Source: an uncultured Desulfospira sp.
Lineage (GTDB): Bacteria; Desulfobacterota; Desulfobacteria; Desulfobacterales; Desulfobacteraceae
Assembly (NCBI GenBank): GCA_963663165.1
Contig: OY760175.1
Span: 3,872,001 to 3,936,000, forward strand
Direction: 5' to 3'
DNA length: 64,000 nucleotides
The translations under genes were made by a program, and so were the position numbers. The notes beneath the pieces are model-generated. The model was not told the DNA's origin and searched no databases. It was given only the letters and a program-made list of their open reading frames with translations. Of this stretch, positions 28,461-37,755 are shown piece by piece. Every line of letters starts with the position of its first letter. Positions within the stretch are counted from its first letter, which is position 1.

Positions 28461-28865
28461 ATGACCGACAAAAACAATCCGCCCTACTCAGAAAATTACA
28501 TCCGGATGGCCTTTGGAAGCAAAATGCCAGACCGGCCGGATCACCCTGACGGATACGGCACCCGGACCGGGGAATGCGGCGATACCGTGGCCATGTTTTT
28601 AAAAGGGGACAAGGCCATGATCCGGTCGGTTTCCTTTGATATCAAGGGCTGCATCAACACGGTGGCCTGCTGCCATACCGTGGCCCATCTGGCAACGGGC
28701 CGGTCCCCTGAGGAAGCCTGGGACATAGACCCGGAACAGGTCATTGATTTTTTAGAAACCCTGGAACCCGCATATCATCACTGTGCCGAGCTGGCGGTCG
28801 GGGCCTTTTACCTGGCCCTGTCAGACATGATGAACTCGTCCCTTACCGCCTGTTATCGAAAATAG
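28461..28865 (+). CDS. NifU/IscU-like Fe-S scaffold protein
   Basis: GECGDTV, GCINTVAC, HHCAELA (three conserved Cys). Confidence 0.85.
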   Translation: MTDKNNPPYSENYIRMAFGSKMPDRPDHPDGYGTRTGECGDTVAMFLKGDKAMIRSVSFDIKGCINTVACCHTVAHLATGRSPEEAWDIDPEQVIDFLETLEPAYHHCAELAVGAFYLALSDMMNSSLTACYRK

Positions 28866-28872
28866 CCTCGTT

Positions 28873-29721
28873 TTGAACCCGGATAAAGTCATCAGAGAAC
28901 AGGTCACGAAGCTGACGGACCTGCCCAATATCGGTCCGGCCATGGCAAGGGACCTGATGGCCATCGGCATCGTTGCGCCCGACAAGCTTTGGGGCAGATC
29001 TGCCCATGAGATGTACGAAACCCTTTGCCGGGTAACCGGGGTGCGGCATGACCCCTGCGTGCTGGATGTGTTTCTTTCCATCACCCGGTTTATGGAGGGA
29101 AATGACCCTAAGCCCTGGTGGCATTACACCCGGGAAAGAAAAGAATATCTTAACGGGCGCCATCTGCTGGCGGTTACCGATATCTTCGGCCGCACCGGCA
29201 GTTTTGATGACCTGTTAAGGCAGATCGCGGGGAATTATATATCCGTGGAAGTCATAGACCCTTATGGCGGAGCCGATTTAAACTTTGAAAATGAGACTGA
29301 AGCCTATGCCTGTTTTCAACGGAAGATGGGGTTAAACGAATATATTCGGAAAGTATCCGATACGCTTTCAACCAGGCGATTTTTAAACCAGACCCTGCTC
29401 GGGTTCAGTGTGGGCGCTTCGGCAATCTGGGCCGTGTCGGGGAATTTATCCGGATTTGACCACACCCGGGCGGTCTGTTTTTACAGCTCCCAGATCAGAC
29501 AGTTCCCGGACGTCTCTCCTGCAATCAAGACAGATCTGTACTTTTCAAAATCAGAACCGGCATATGATGTTGAGAAGATAATGGCCTGCCTGTCGGAAAA
29601 AGCCAATGTCCGGTGCATTAAAACGGGATACATGCACGGGTTCATGAACCAAAAATCCCAAAACTTTGACCAACAGGGCTATGCCGAACACTTAAAAAGG
29701 CTAAAACACCGGCAGGGGTAA
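28873..29721 (+). CDS. Cdd1/TfoX-C-like helix-hairpin-helix domain fused to a dienelactone-hydrolase-like domain
   Basis: LTDLPNIGPAMARDL..IGI..HDPCVLDVF..PWW; then VTDIFG, GFSVGA, FYSSQIR, HGFMN. Confidence 0.72.
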   Translation: MNPDKVIREQVTKLTDLPNIGPAMARDLMAIGIVAPDKLWGRSAHEMYETLCRVTGVRHDPCVLDVFLSITRFMEGNDPKPWWHYTRERKEYLNGRHLLAVTDIFGRTGSFDDLLRQIAGNYISVEVIDPYGGADLNFENETEAYACFQRKMGLNEYIRKVSDTLSTRRFLNQTLLGFSVGASAIWAVSGNLSGFDHTRAVCFYSSQIRQFPDVSPAIKTDLYFSKSEPAYDVEKIMACLSEKANVRCIKTGYMHGFMNQKSQNFDQQGYAEHLKRLKHRQG

Positions 29722-30060
29722 AGCGGATCTATCTTCGTTCCAGGGTCGGCGAAATAAAGCCTTTTACCGGGCGACGACACTATTGCAAAAACGGCTTGAC
29801 ACCCCTGCAGGACCTCAACTTGGGCGGTGATGGCCGGTAATATACCGATTTATTGGTGAAAGCCCGGCAATTTAATTTTAATTAAGGGCTGGATAATGTG
29901 GTGAATAGTTGTTATTTTAGCCTTTATAAGCTGCGGTATCCGGCATGAGGGTGGGTACACCGTTGCTTTTTTTACAACTTTGAGCATTGAAAGCCGGCTT
30001 AAAATTAACGTCCCTTATGATTGGGGAATGATACCGGAGGCCGGCGATCAAGGAGGATCC

Positions 30061-30510
30061 ATGCAGAATCGTTTCACCTTAACATTAAGTGTTGTACTGA
30101 CCATAATTATGTTCACTGCCACGGCATTTGCCCAGGAGACAAAGGTCGGGTTTATCAAATCGGTTACAGGAGATGTGACCATCAAGCGCGGGGAGTCCCT
30201 TGTTGCCGCGAATAAAGGGGATCAGCTCTATAAATCAGATGGGTTGGTCACACAGAGCAACAGTTCCGCCGGCATCATGTTTACGGACGGCACCACCTTT
30301 GCTGTGGACCAGGATACGGAAGTCAACGTCAAAGACTATCTGTTTCAACCCGAGTCCAATGCTTATGCCTTTGATCTCTATCTAAAAAAGGGAAAGGCCA
30401 TCTACAGCTCAGGCAGAATTGAAAAGCTCGCACCGGACAAAGTGTGCCTGTCCACACCCAAGGCGACCGTCGGTGTCAGGGGAACGCATCTCATTGTCCA
30501 GGTAGATTAA
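30061..30510 (+). CDS. exported FecR-domain protein
   Basis: Signal peptide (AFA/QE), G.IKSVTGDV, F.DGT, TPKATVGVRGT; GGAGG RBS. Confidence 0.85.
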   Translation: MQNRFTLTLSVVLTIIMFTATAFAQETKVGFIKSVTGDVTIKRGESLVAANKGDQLYKSDGLVTQSNSSAGIMFTDGTTFAVDQDTEVNVKDYLFQPESNAYAFDLYLKKGKAIYSSGRIEKLAPDKVCLSTPKATVGVRGTHLIVQVD

Positions 30511-30566
30511 CCTTCAGTTCCCCATAATTCATTAAACATAAATTGATATTCCGTCTTGCCTTTAAC

Positions 30567-30623
30567 TTAATCTTGCTCCTGACGCCTGCCCGAAACCGTG
30601 AATTCAGTCAGGAGCAAGATTAA
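30567..30623. repeat. perfect 17-bp inverted repeat with 23-nt spacer
   Basis: TTAATCTTGCTCCTGAC ... GTCAGGAGCAAGATTAA. Confidence 0.8.
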
Positions 30624-30673
30624 CAGGTTCCAATCATCTGTTGCAGACGCCAACCAAAGCAAAGGAAACAAAA

Positions 30674-31270
30674 ATGATACGCTGGTATTTTTTTATTGTC
30701 GGGACGCTGTTCCTTTTTTCGTGCGGTGCCGGCCATAAAACCACGGTGATCCTTCTGCCGGATCAGGACGGCCGTACCGGTGCGGCAACCGTTAAAAACG
30801 ATACCTCCTCAGTGATGCTCCAGGAGCCCTATGCCGCAGCAAAGGTCACTGATGAGCAGTCAGACGTGAGTGCGGAAACCCTCCAAAGAAATGATGTTCT
30901 GGAGGGTTACCAGATACTGCTTCAGACAGAACCCCCAAAGCCGGTCTCTTTTCTTCTATATTTTGAGTACGGGTCAGACCGTTTGAAACCGGAATCGGCC
31001 GCACTCATTCCCGAAGTGCTTAAAGTGGCAAAAGAACGGGAACCCTCAGAGATAAGCATTATCGGGCATTCCGACACCAAAGGGGATGACCAGTACAATT
31101 ATGAGCTTGCACTGGAGCGGGCCAAAGCTGTGGAAAAATGTTTAGATACGTCACATCTCGAATTAATCGGGCTTTCGGTGACCTCACACGGTGAAAACGA
31201 TCCCCTTGTCGATACCGGGGACAATGTATCTGAAGAAAAAAATCGCAGGGTTGAAATAATGATCCGGTAA
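30674..31270 (+). CDS. OmpA-family peptidoglycan-binding lipoprotein
   Basis: Lipobox LFSC; LYFE..SD.L, IIGHSDTKG..N.ELALERA, SHGE..P, NRRVEI. Confidence 0.88.
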   Translation: MIRWYFFIVGTLFLFSCGAGHKTTVILLPDQDGRTGAATVKNDTSSVMLQEPYAAAKVTDEQSDVSAETLQRNDVLEGYQILLQTEPPKPVSFLLYFEYGSDRLKPESAALIPEVLKVAKEREPSEISIIGHSDTKGDDQYNYELALERAKAVEKCLDTSHLELIGLSVTSHGENDPLVDTGDNVSEEKNRRVEIMIR

Positions 31271-31281
31271 ATGGGGCCCCT

Positions 31282-33291
31282 TTGAAAATTGATTCTGAAA
31301 GCTATCTGCGGTTCCAACCATCAAAACTAAGGCTATTCATATCTGTGTTATCGGTCACCCTTGTCCTGGGTTCCGGATTATATTTTCAACACCCCCTATT
31401 TAAAACAGTAGATGACTTTTTTTATGATACCTTCCTTAAACTAAGCGCAACCGGAGAGGTCTCTGATCAGATCACCATTGTTGATATCGATGAAACAAGC
31501 CTGGCCGCCGTAGGGCAATGGCCCTGGCCCCGATATCTTTTGGCAAAGATTGTCAAGGAGTTGTCCGACCACCAGCCGGCCGCCATGGGAATTGATATCC
31601 TGCTGCCGGAGACGGACCGGACCTCCTTGAAAAATATTCACCGGCAGTTTGAAAAAGACTTTGGCCTTGACCTTGGGTTTACCGGGGTTCCGCCGGCATT
31701 GCAGGATAACGATGCATACCTGGCACATATTTTCAAGAGTACTGAAATGGTGGGGGCCCGGTATTTTTATTTTGACTATATCAACCAGAACCCGGTCCAT
31801 TTATTTACCCCCTTCACCATAACCGATGAATCCGGACAGCTCAAACTCAATGAATCCGTAGGGGTCATGACCAACACCCCCCAGATTGAAAAAGCCCTCC
31901 GGTTTACCGGATTTCTCAACAACCAATCAGACATGGACGGTCTGATGCGGTCCACCCCTGTTTTAATCTCCTATAGTGACCGAATATTTACCAACCTGTC
32001 CCTGTCCACATTGTTTAAAGCCCATGATATAAAAAAAGCTGAGATCAAACGGAACTTTCTAGGCCTTTATCTCCAGGCAGGCAGCTTCCAGATCCCCATA
32101 ACAGAGAATGGATATGTCCCCATTCGGTTCAACGCTGCCGCCAAAGCCCATACCTATATCTCTGCCGTTGATATCTTAAACCAGGACTATACCCCGGCCG
32201 ACATTCAGGGCAAGATCATTTTCATCGGGTCATCTGCGGCAGGGTTGAATGATATTCATCAAACGGTTTTTGATCCCTATTTTCCCGGGATAGAGGTTCA
32301 CGCCGCTGTTCTAAGCAGTATTTACAACCACTGTCAAATTATCAAACCCATCTGGTCAAGGCATTTCACAGCAGGTGTCTGTTTATTAACCGGGGCTGCC
32401 ATGATCATCCTGCTGTCCCTTTCTTCGGCCCCCCTGGTGCTGGCCTGGGGAAGCCTGGCCATCATCTGTGTCCTGTTGATGTCAAGCCTGCTTTGCTTTG
32501 CGCAATTTTCTGTATTTGTTTCTCCGGGGCTGCCGGTCATCATTACATTTTTCACCTTTATTCTCGCCTCTTTTGTCCGGTTTAACCGGTTCAGAAAAGC
32601 CTCTTTTGCCTGGTTAAAAAAGCTGTCCCAGGCCCAGCAGGTGACCATCGAGACGGTGATCAACCTGGTTGAAACCCGGGACCCGGAAACCGGCCAGCAT
32701 GTGGTCCGGACCCAGCACTATGCCAGGGCCCTGGTTCTTCAGTTACGGCAGGAGGGGTTATTTTCAGATATCCTGACCGATGAGTATATAGAAATGCTGT
32801 ACACCTCTACTCCGCTGCACGACATCGGCAAAGTCGGCATACCGGACAGGGTTCTTTTAAAACCCGGCAAACTGGATGACGACGAATTTGAAATCATGAA
32901 GACCCATACCTCTCTGGGAAGGGATCTGCTTGAAAAAGCCCGAAAAGATAATAAGGATAATTTTTACCTTGAAATGGGGGCCATGATTGCCGGCACCCAT
33001 CATGAAAAGTGGAACGGCAAAGGCTATCCGGACGGGCTTTGTGAAGATGAAATCCCCCTTTGCGGCCGAATCATGTCCATCTGTGATGTCTATGATGCCC
33101 TGATCAGCCAGCGATGCTATAAGCCCCCGTTTCCCCACGAAAAGGCCATGAAAATCATTCTTGAAGAAAAAGGGGTTATGTTTGATCCCCGGCTGGTGGA
33201 GGCCTTTCAGGCCATAGAGGAGACCATCCGGTCTATTGCATCCAAATTCCAGGATTCCACAGAAGAAGACGCCCCTATAGCCACGGGGTAG
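31282..33291 (+). CDS. CHASE2-domain membrane HD-GYP c-di-GMP phosphodiesterase
   Basis: IVDIDE.SL..GQWPWPR, PGIEVHA, three TM helices, ETGQHV.R, LHDIGKVGIPD, HHEKWNGKGYP, DVYDAL.S.R.YK. Confidence 0.92.
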   Translation: MKIDSESYLRFQPSKLRLFISVLSVTLVLGSGLYFQHPLFKTVDDFFYDTFLKLSATGEVSDQITIVDIDETSLAAVGQWPWPRYLLAKIVKELSDHQPAAMGIDILLPETDRTSLKNIHRQFEKDFGLDLGFTGVPPALQDNDAYLAHIFKSTEMVGARYFYFDYINQNPVHLFTPFTITDESGQLKLNESVGVMTNTPQIEKALRFTGFLNNQSDMDGLMRSTPVLISYSDRIFTNLSLSTLFKAHDIKKAEIKRNFLGLYLQAGSFQIPITENGYVPIRFNAAAKAHTYISAVDILNQDYTPADIQGKIIFIGSSAAGLNDIHQTVFDPYFPGIEVHAAVLSSIYNHCQIIKPIWSRHFTAGVCLLTGAAMIILLSLSSAPLVLAWGSLAIICVLLMSSLLCFAQFSVFVSPGLPVIITFFTFILASFVRFNRFRKASFAWLKKLSQAQQVTIETVINLVETRDPETGQHVVRTQHYARALVLQLRQEGLFSDILTDEYIEMLYTSTPLHDIGKVGIPDRVLLKPGKLDDDEFEIMKTHTSLGRDLLEKARKDNKDNFYLEMGAMIAGTHHEKWNGKGYPDGLCEDEIPLCGRIMSICDVYDALISQRCYKPPFPHEKAMKIILEEKGVMFDPRLVEAFQAIEETIRSIASKFQDSTEEDAPIATG

Positions 33292-33304
33292 TGCGGTTTA
33301 CCAA

Positions 33305-34129
33305 TCATTCAACGATGATGGTCTGGCCCGTGGCAATCTTTTCAGCGCCAAGTTCGGTGTGAAACCGGCACAGGGCATCAAAGCCCGTGCAGTGCATGGG
33401 CAGCAGGCGGTCTACGGGATGGGCCTTGAAATATTCAACGGTCCGGTCCAGCTGTTCCCCGGGGGACAGCAGATGGAACCCGCCCATGACCATGTGAAGA
33501 TGGTCCAGGCCCGTAACAGCTTTGGCATGTTCACAGATATTGCAGATCCCGGCATGGGCGCATCCGGCAATGACCACCAGCCCCCGGGGCGTGGCGACGG
33601 CCAGGGCCGTATCGTCTTCAAGAAATTCCGGCGATTTTTCTTTCTGTTCTATCTTATAAAAAGGCGTGTCAACAGACTCAAAATCATTGGCCCGGGGGAT
33701 CTGTCCCAAAAAACAGACGGTGGGCGTCAGCTGTTTTGGCCCTTGGGACAGTTCCAGGTCAAAAGAGGCCTCAAGGTCTTCTTTGGACAGGGCCATGCCG
33801 TTGAATTCTCCCGTGGGCTTATGCCGGTCGGAAAATACGGCCGGGTGGGCAATCAGTTTGGTTTTTTTAATCCGCTTGGCCAGAAAGGCAAGGCCGTCGG
33901 CATGGTCCCAGTGGCCGTGGCTTAAAGCAATCCAGCTAAGGGTGTTAAGGTCCACCCCCATCAGATCGGCATTTTCAAGAAACACATCTGAAGGACCGGC
34001 ATCCAAAAGGATATTCTGTTCCGCCCGGATAAACAGGGAAAGCCCATGGGCCCCTTTGAAAATCCGGTCTTTGAACCCCATCACCACCTGGTCCTCAAGC
34101 AACAGGCTGATCTCCAGTTTGGTAGTCAT
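33305..34129 (-). CDS. MBL-fold metallo-hydrolase
   Basis: HGLSL, LLDAG, LSHGHWDHADGL, GCAHAG, GGFHL, PMHCTG. Confidence 0.88.
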   Translation of the reverse strand: MTTKLEISLLLEDQVVMGFKDRIFKGAHGLSLFIRAEQNILLDAGPSDVFLENADLMGVDLNTLSWIALSHGHWDHADGLAFLAKRIKKTKLIAHPAVFSDRHKPTGEFNGMALSKEDLEASFDLELSQGPKQLTPTVCFLGQIPRANDFESVDTPFYKIEQKEKSPEFLEDDTALAVATPRGLVVIAGCAHAGICNICEHAKAVTGLDHLHMVMGGFHLLSPGEQLDRTVEYFKAHPVDRLLPMHCTGFDALCRFHTELGAEKIATGQTIIVE

Positions 34130-34151
34130 ATTGTTTACCCCCGTATCTATT

Positions 34152-34892
34152 TTATTTATCGTAAGGCTCATCCATCACCCTGCCCAGAAACTGCCGGGTC
34201 CGATCATGGGCCGGTGCCAGGAAAAAATCCCGGGCATTATTTTTTTCCACGATCCGCCCCTTGTCCATAAACACGATTTCATGGGCCGCCCTTCTGGCAA
34301 ACCCCATCTCGTGGGTGACCACCACCATGGTCATGCCCGACCGGGTAAGCCCGCCCATTACCTCCAGCACCTCTTTGATCATTTCCGGGTCCAGGGCCGA
34401 TGTGGGTTCGTCAAACAGCATGACCGCCGGCTCCATGGCCAGGGCCCGGGCAATGGCGGCCCGCTGCTGCTGTCCGCCGGAAAGGGTGGCCGGGAACTTG
34501 TGGGCCTGGTCTGAAATTCCTACCTGGTCCAGAAGGGCCATGCCCTTTTCCTTTGCTTTGGCCGGGGCCATTTTTTTTACTTTTACCGGAGCAAGGGTCA
34601 GGTTGTCCAGCACGGTTTTATGGGGATAAAGTTCAAAATGCTGAAACACCATACCAATGCGGGACCGCAAAGCATAGATATCCGTATCGGCATGCTGGAC
34701 AGGCACTTTGTCCACATAGACCTGTCCTTCCTGGAATTGCTCCAGGCCGTTGATACACCGAAGCAATGTGGATTTCCCCGACCCGGACGGGCCGCAGACC
34801 ACCAGGGTCTGTCCCTTTTCAACGGTGACGGATACATCGGCCAGGGCCTGATGGCTGCCGTAGGAAAGTCCCAGATGTCTGATGTCGATCAT
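34152..34892 (-). CDS. polar amino-acid ABC transporter ATP-binding protein
   Basis: GPSGSGKST, LSGGQQQR, LFDEPTSALDPE, VVTHEMGFA; start MIDIRH at 34892. Confidence 0.93.
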   Translation of the reverse strand: MIDIRHLGLSYGSHQALADVSVTVEKGQTLVVCGPSGSGKSTLLRCINGLEQFQEGQVYVDKVPVQHADTDIYALRSRIGMVFQHFELYPHKTVLDNLTLAPVKVKKMAPAKAKEKGMALLDQVGISDQAHKFPATLSGGQQQRAAIARALAMEPAVMLFDEPTSALDPEMIKEVLEVMGGLTRSGMTMVVVTHEMGFARRAAHEIVFMDKGRIVEKNNARDFFLAPAHDRTRQFLGRVMDEPYDK

Positions 34893-35548
34893 GACACGTC
34901 CTTTGCCCCGGGCCGGCCTTCCAGGTATCGGCCCAGAAAGGTTCCCAGGGTGCATAAGATAAAATAAACACAAGCCGCAAACAGATAAAGCTCCACGGAC
35001 CGGGCCTCCCTGGCATCCACCAGGTTGACCCGTCTTAAAAATTCTCTTAACCCGATCACATAGGCCAGAGAAGTATCCTGGAAAACCACCACACAATGGG
35101 TCACCAGGGCCGGCACCATCTTTTTCAGGGCCTGGGGCAGGATCACGTGGCAGGCCAGCTGCCAGGGCCGAAGACCTGTGGCAAGCCCCGCCCGTTTCTG
35201 CCCTAAAGGGACCGCCTGGATGCCGGATCTGACGATTTCCGCAAAATAAGCCGCCTCGTAAAGAACAAAAGAAAGAACCACCGCGGACAGCTGCCCCATA
35301 GAGCGGCCTAAGAGTACCGGCATCAAAAAATAAATCCAGAAAATCACCAGGATTAAGGGAATCCCCCTGAAAAAGTGGATATAAAGGCTGGCCGGATAAT
35401 AGACCGCCCGGATAGAAGAAAGCCGGCCAAGCCCCAGGACGATTCCCCAGGCAAGCCCCCCGGATACGGCCATGACCGCGATTTCAAGGGTCAGCCAAAG
35501 TCCGCCGGCCATATACCCCAGGTTGTCTAAAATTACGGAAAAATCCAT
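34889..35548 (-). CDS. polar amino-acid ABC transporter permease
   Basis: FRGIPL, AYFAEIVRSGIQAVP.GQ, ILPQA, QDTSLA. Confidence 0.92.
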   Translation of the reverse strand: MDFSVILDNLGYMAGGLWLTLEIAVMAVSGGLAWGIVLGLGRLSSIRAVYYPASLYIHFFRGIPLILVIFWIYFLMPVLLGRSMGQLSAVVLSFVLYEAAYFAEIVRSGIQAVPLGQKRAGLATGLRPWQLACHVILPQALKKMVPALVTHCVVVFQDTSLAYVIGLREFLRRVNLVDAREARSVELYLFAACVYFILCTLGTFLGRYLEGRPGAKDVS

Positions 35549-35559
35549 AATGATCCGCC

Positions 35560-36297
35560 TTAGGCCCCCCGCCGGATCAGGCCGGGAACAGCCAGCCGTT
35601 TTTCAACACGCCACATGAAAAGGGCCACCATCTGGGCAATAGCAAGATAGCACAGGCTCGCGGCCGTGGTGGTTTCCAGGCCGTGCCAGGTAAAAGAGTC
35701 GATGACATAGGCAGTGTGGGTAATTTCCATAACCCCGATGGTCATGGCCAGGGCCGAATTCTTAAAACAGGTGAGAAACTCTGTGGTAAATGCCGGGATA
35801 ATGATCCTGAAAGCATAGGGCAGGACCACATGGCCGTATACCTGGGCCGGCCTTAAGCCTGTGGCATAGGCGGCCCGGTACTGGTCTTTGGGGATGGCCA
35901 GCAGCCCGGCCCGAAACTGTTCGGCCACCCGTGATGCCGTATACATGCCAAGCCCCACGCAGCCGCACCAGAAGGCATAATCAGGAATCGTATCATAGAG
36001 CCAGGCCTGGGCGGATTTTGGCAACAGCAGGGGGGCGGCAAAATACCAGAAAAACAGCTGGACCAGGAACGGAATATTTCTGAACACCAGGACATAGCCG
36101 AACCCCAGGGCCCGGCAGCCCCGGTTGGGATACACCCTGCAGGCGGCAATGATGATGCCGATAACCACGGCCAGGCACCAGGCCGTAAGAGAGATGCTCA
36201 AGGTGGTCCAGATCCCCTTGAGCATCATGGCCCCGTATGGCTGGCGCCAGAGGACGGTCCAGTCAAAGGTATAGTTCAGCAAATCGCTCCTGTTCAC
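35560..36297 (-). CDS. polar amino-acid ABC transporter permease
   Basis: FRNIPFLVQLFFWYF, AEQFRAGL.AIP..Q, KNSALA.TIGV.E. Confidence 0.92.
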   Translation of the reverse strand: MNRSDLLNYTFDWTVLWRQPYGAMMLKGIWTTLSISLTAWCLAVVIGIIIAACRVYPNRGCRALGFGYVLVFRNIPFLVQLFFWYFAAPLLLPKSAQAWLYDTIPDYAFWCGCVGLGMYTASRVAEQFRAGLLAIPKDQYRAAYATGLRPAQVYGHVVLPYAFRIIIPAFTTEFLTCFKNSALAMTIGVMEITHTAYVIDSFTWHGLETTTAASLCYLAIAQMVALFMWRVEKRLAVPGLIRRGA

Positions 36298-36341
36298 CAG
36301 GGACGATCTGTTCTATTCCATCGCCCCCGGTTTGGTTCCGG

Positions 36342-37244
36342 TTATTCTGGATAACTTAAGGATTTAAGCAGCACCTTGTATTCGTCGGTCATGGGCAGGG
36401 GCACCACCCCGTCAGGACCGAACCACTTGGTATACAGGGTCTCAAATCTGCCGTCCTTGATCATGTGAATCAGGGATTCGTTAACAAAGTCCCGCCATTC
36501 TCCCTGGTTTTCCGGCAGGATCATGCCGTAGGGTTCATAGGTCAGGTATTTGCCCACGATTTTCCAGTCCTGGGGATTGGCGGCCTTGGCCTGCATCCCG
36601 GCCAGCTGGCTGGCATCGGTAAAATAGGCATCAATTTTACCCTGCTGCAGGGCCAGAAAACCCTTGTTGTGTTCCTCAAACAACACCTTCTGGCAGGCCG
36701 GTTTCACCAGGCCCCGGGCAATGGCCAGATCCATTCCTTTTATATTGGCCGTGGAACCGGACCCCATGCCCACCCGTTTGCCCCCGATATCGGCAAATCC
36801 GGTGATGGGACTGTCCTTGGGCACCAGAAGCCGGGTTCCCGTCAGGAAATAGGGAAGGCTGAAGTCCACCACCTGCTCTCTGGCAAGAGTGATGGTAGTG
36901 GAGCCGATGCCCATGGCCACCATGCCGTTGGCCACCATGGTAATCCGGGTTTTGGGGTTCATGGGGTGCTTGACCAGCTTGATGGGCTTATTGAATTTTT
37001 TTTCAAGATCTTTAGCCACTTCAGTGCCCAGATCAATGCCAAACCCTACCCAGGACCCGTCCTTGTCAATAAATCCAAAGGGCACAGACCCTTCCCTGAA
37101 GCCCATGTGAACCTCACCGGATTTTTCAATGGCCTCCAGCAAATTTTCAGTTCCAGCCTCCCCATAGCCGGGGATGCTGATCAGCCCCAAAAACATAACC
37201 ACATAAATAAGCGCTGAAACGCCGGACCGCATCATTTTTTTCAT
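36342..37244 (-). CDS. amino-acid ABC substrate-binding protein (GltI-like, Glu/Asp)
   Basis: Signal peptide; GFREGSVPFGF, STTITLAREQVVDFSLPYF, EPYG, Y.KWF. Confidence 0.9.
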   Translation of the reverse strand: MKKMMRSGVSALIYVVMFLGLISIPGYGEAGTENLLEAIEKSGEVHMGFREGSVPFGFIDKDGSWVGFGIDLGTEVAKDLEKKFNKPIKLVKHPMNPKTRITMVANGMVAMGIGSTTITLAREQVVDFSLPYFLTGTRLLVPKDSPITGFADIGGKRVGMGSGSTANIKGMDLAIARGLVKPACQKVLFEEHNKGFLALQQGKIDAYFTDASQLAGMQAKAANPQDWKIVGKYLTYEPYGMILPENQGEWRDFVNESLIHMIKDGRFETLYTKWFGPDGVVPLPMTDEYKVLLKSLSYPE

Positions 37245-37755
37245 GTTCTCTCCTTTTTAAATTTTATTATATGCCGATAACCGTAACAAAGAACCCTCCC
37301 AAAAAGGCTTGCTTCAGCCTATGGAGGCATATGGGAATGTTCCCTGTCGCTTTCACCGAAAGTCAGGGCTTACATGGCATGAGGGCGATTTAAAATCCAA
37401 TAGTTATTCGTGATATATAGATCGACAGGGTATATGGGTTTTCTATAATGATACCTCGTGAATTCAAAATGTAAAAAATCGGGACTTGGGGAGGCCACTG
37501 ATGCTGCAAGCCCCAAGCCCCATATCCCAAGTCCCAAGTCCATTTTATTATCCTTAATTTCCAATTCTGGAATCGCATGTTTTTACTGGCGACGGCCAAA
37601 CCCATTGACACATCCTATCTGATCTGCCATAAGCCAACAACAGGAGGAAAGCTTCGTGGCCGATACGCTATTTCCCCTGTTTGACAACCTTTTCCGGCAA
37701 CCGGGAGTCCTGGGGCGCAAAGCCCTGAGCCGAATTCAAAAAATAAAAAAGGATA

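Noticed and set aside
37245..37400. Amino-acid riboswitch ahead of the ABC substrate-binding gene
   Set aside because: Hairpins are present (CCCTG...CAGGG) but show no recognisable glycine, lysine or glutamine riboswitch or T-box consensus.
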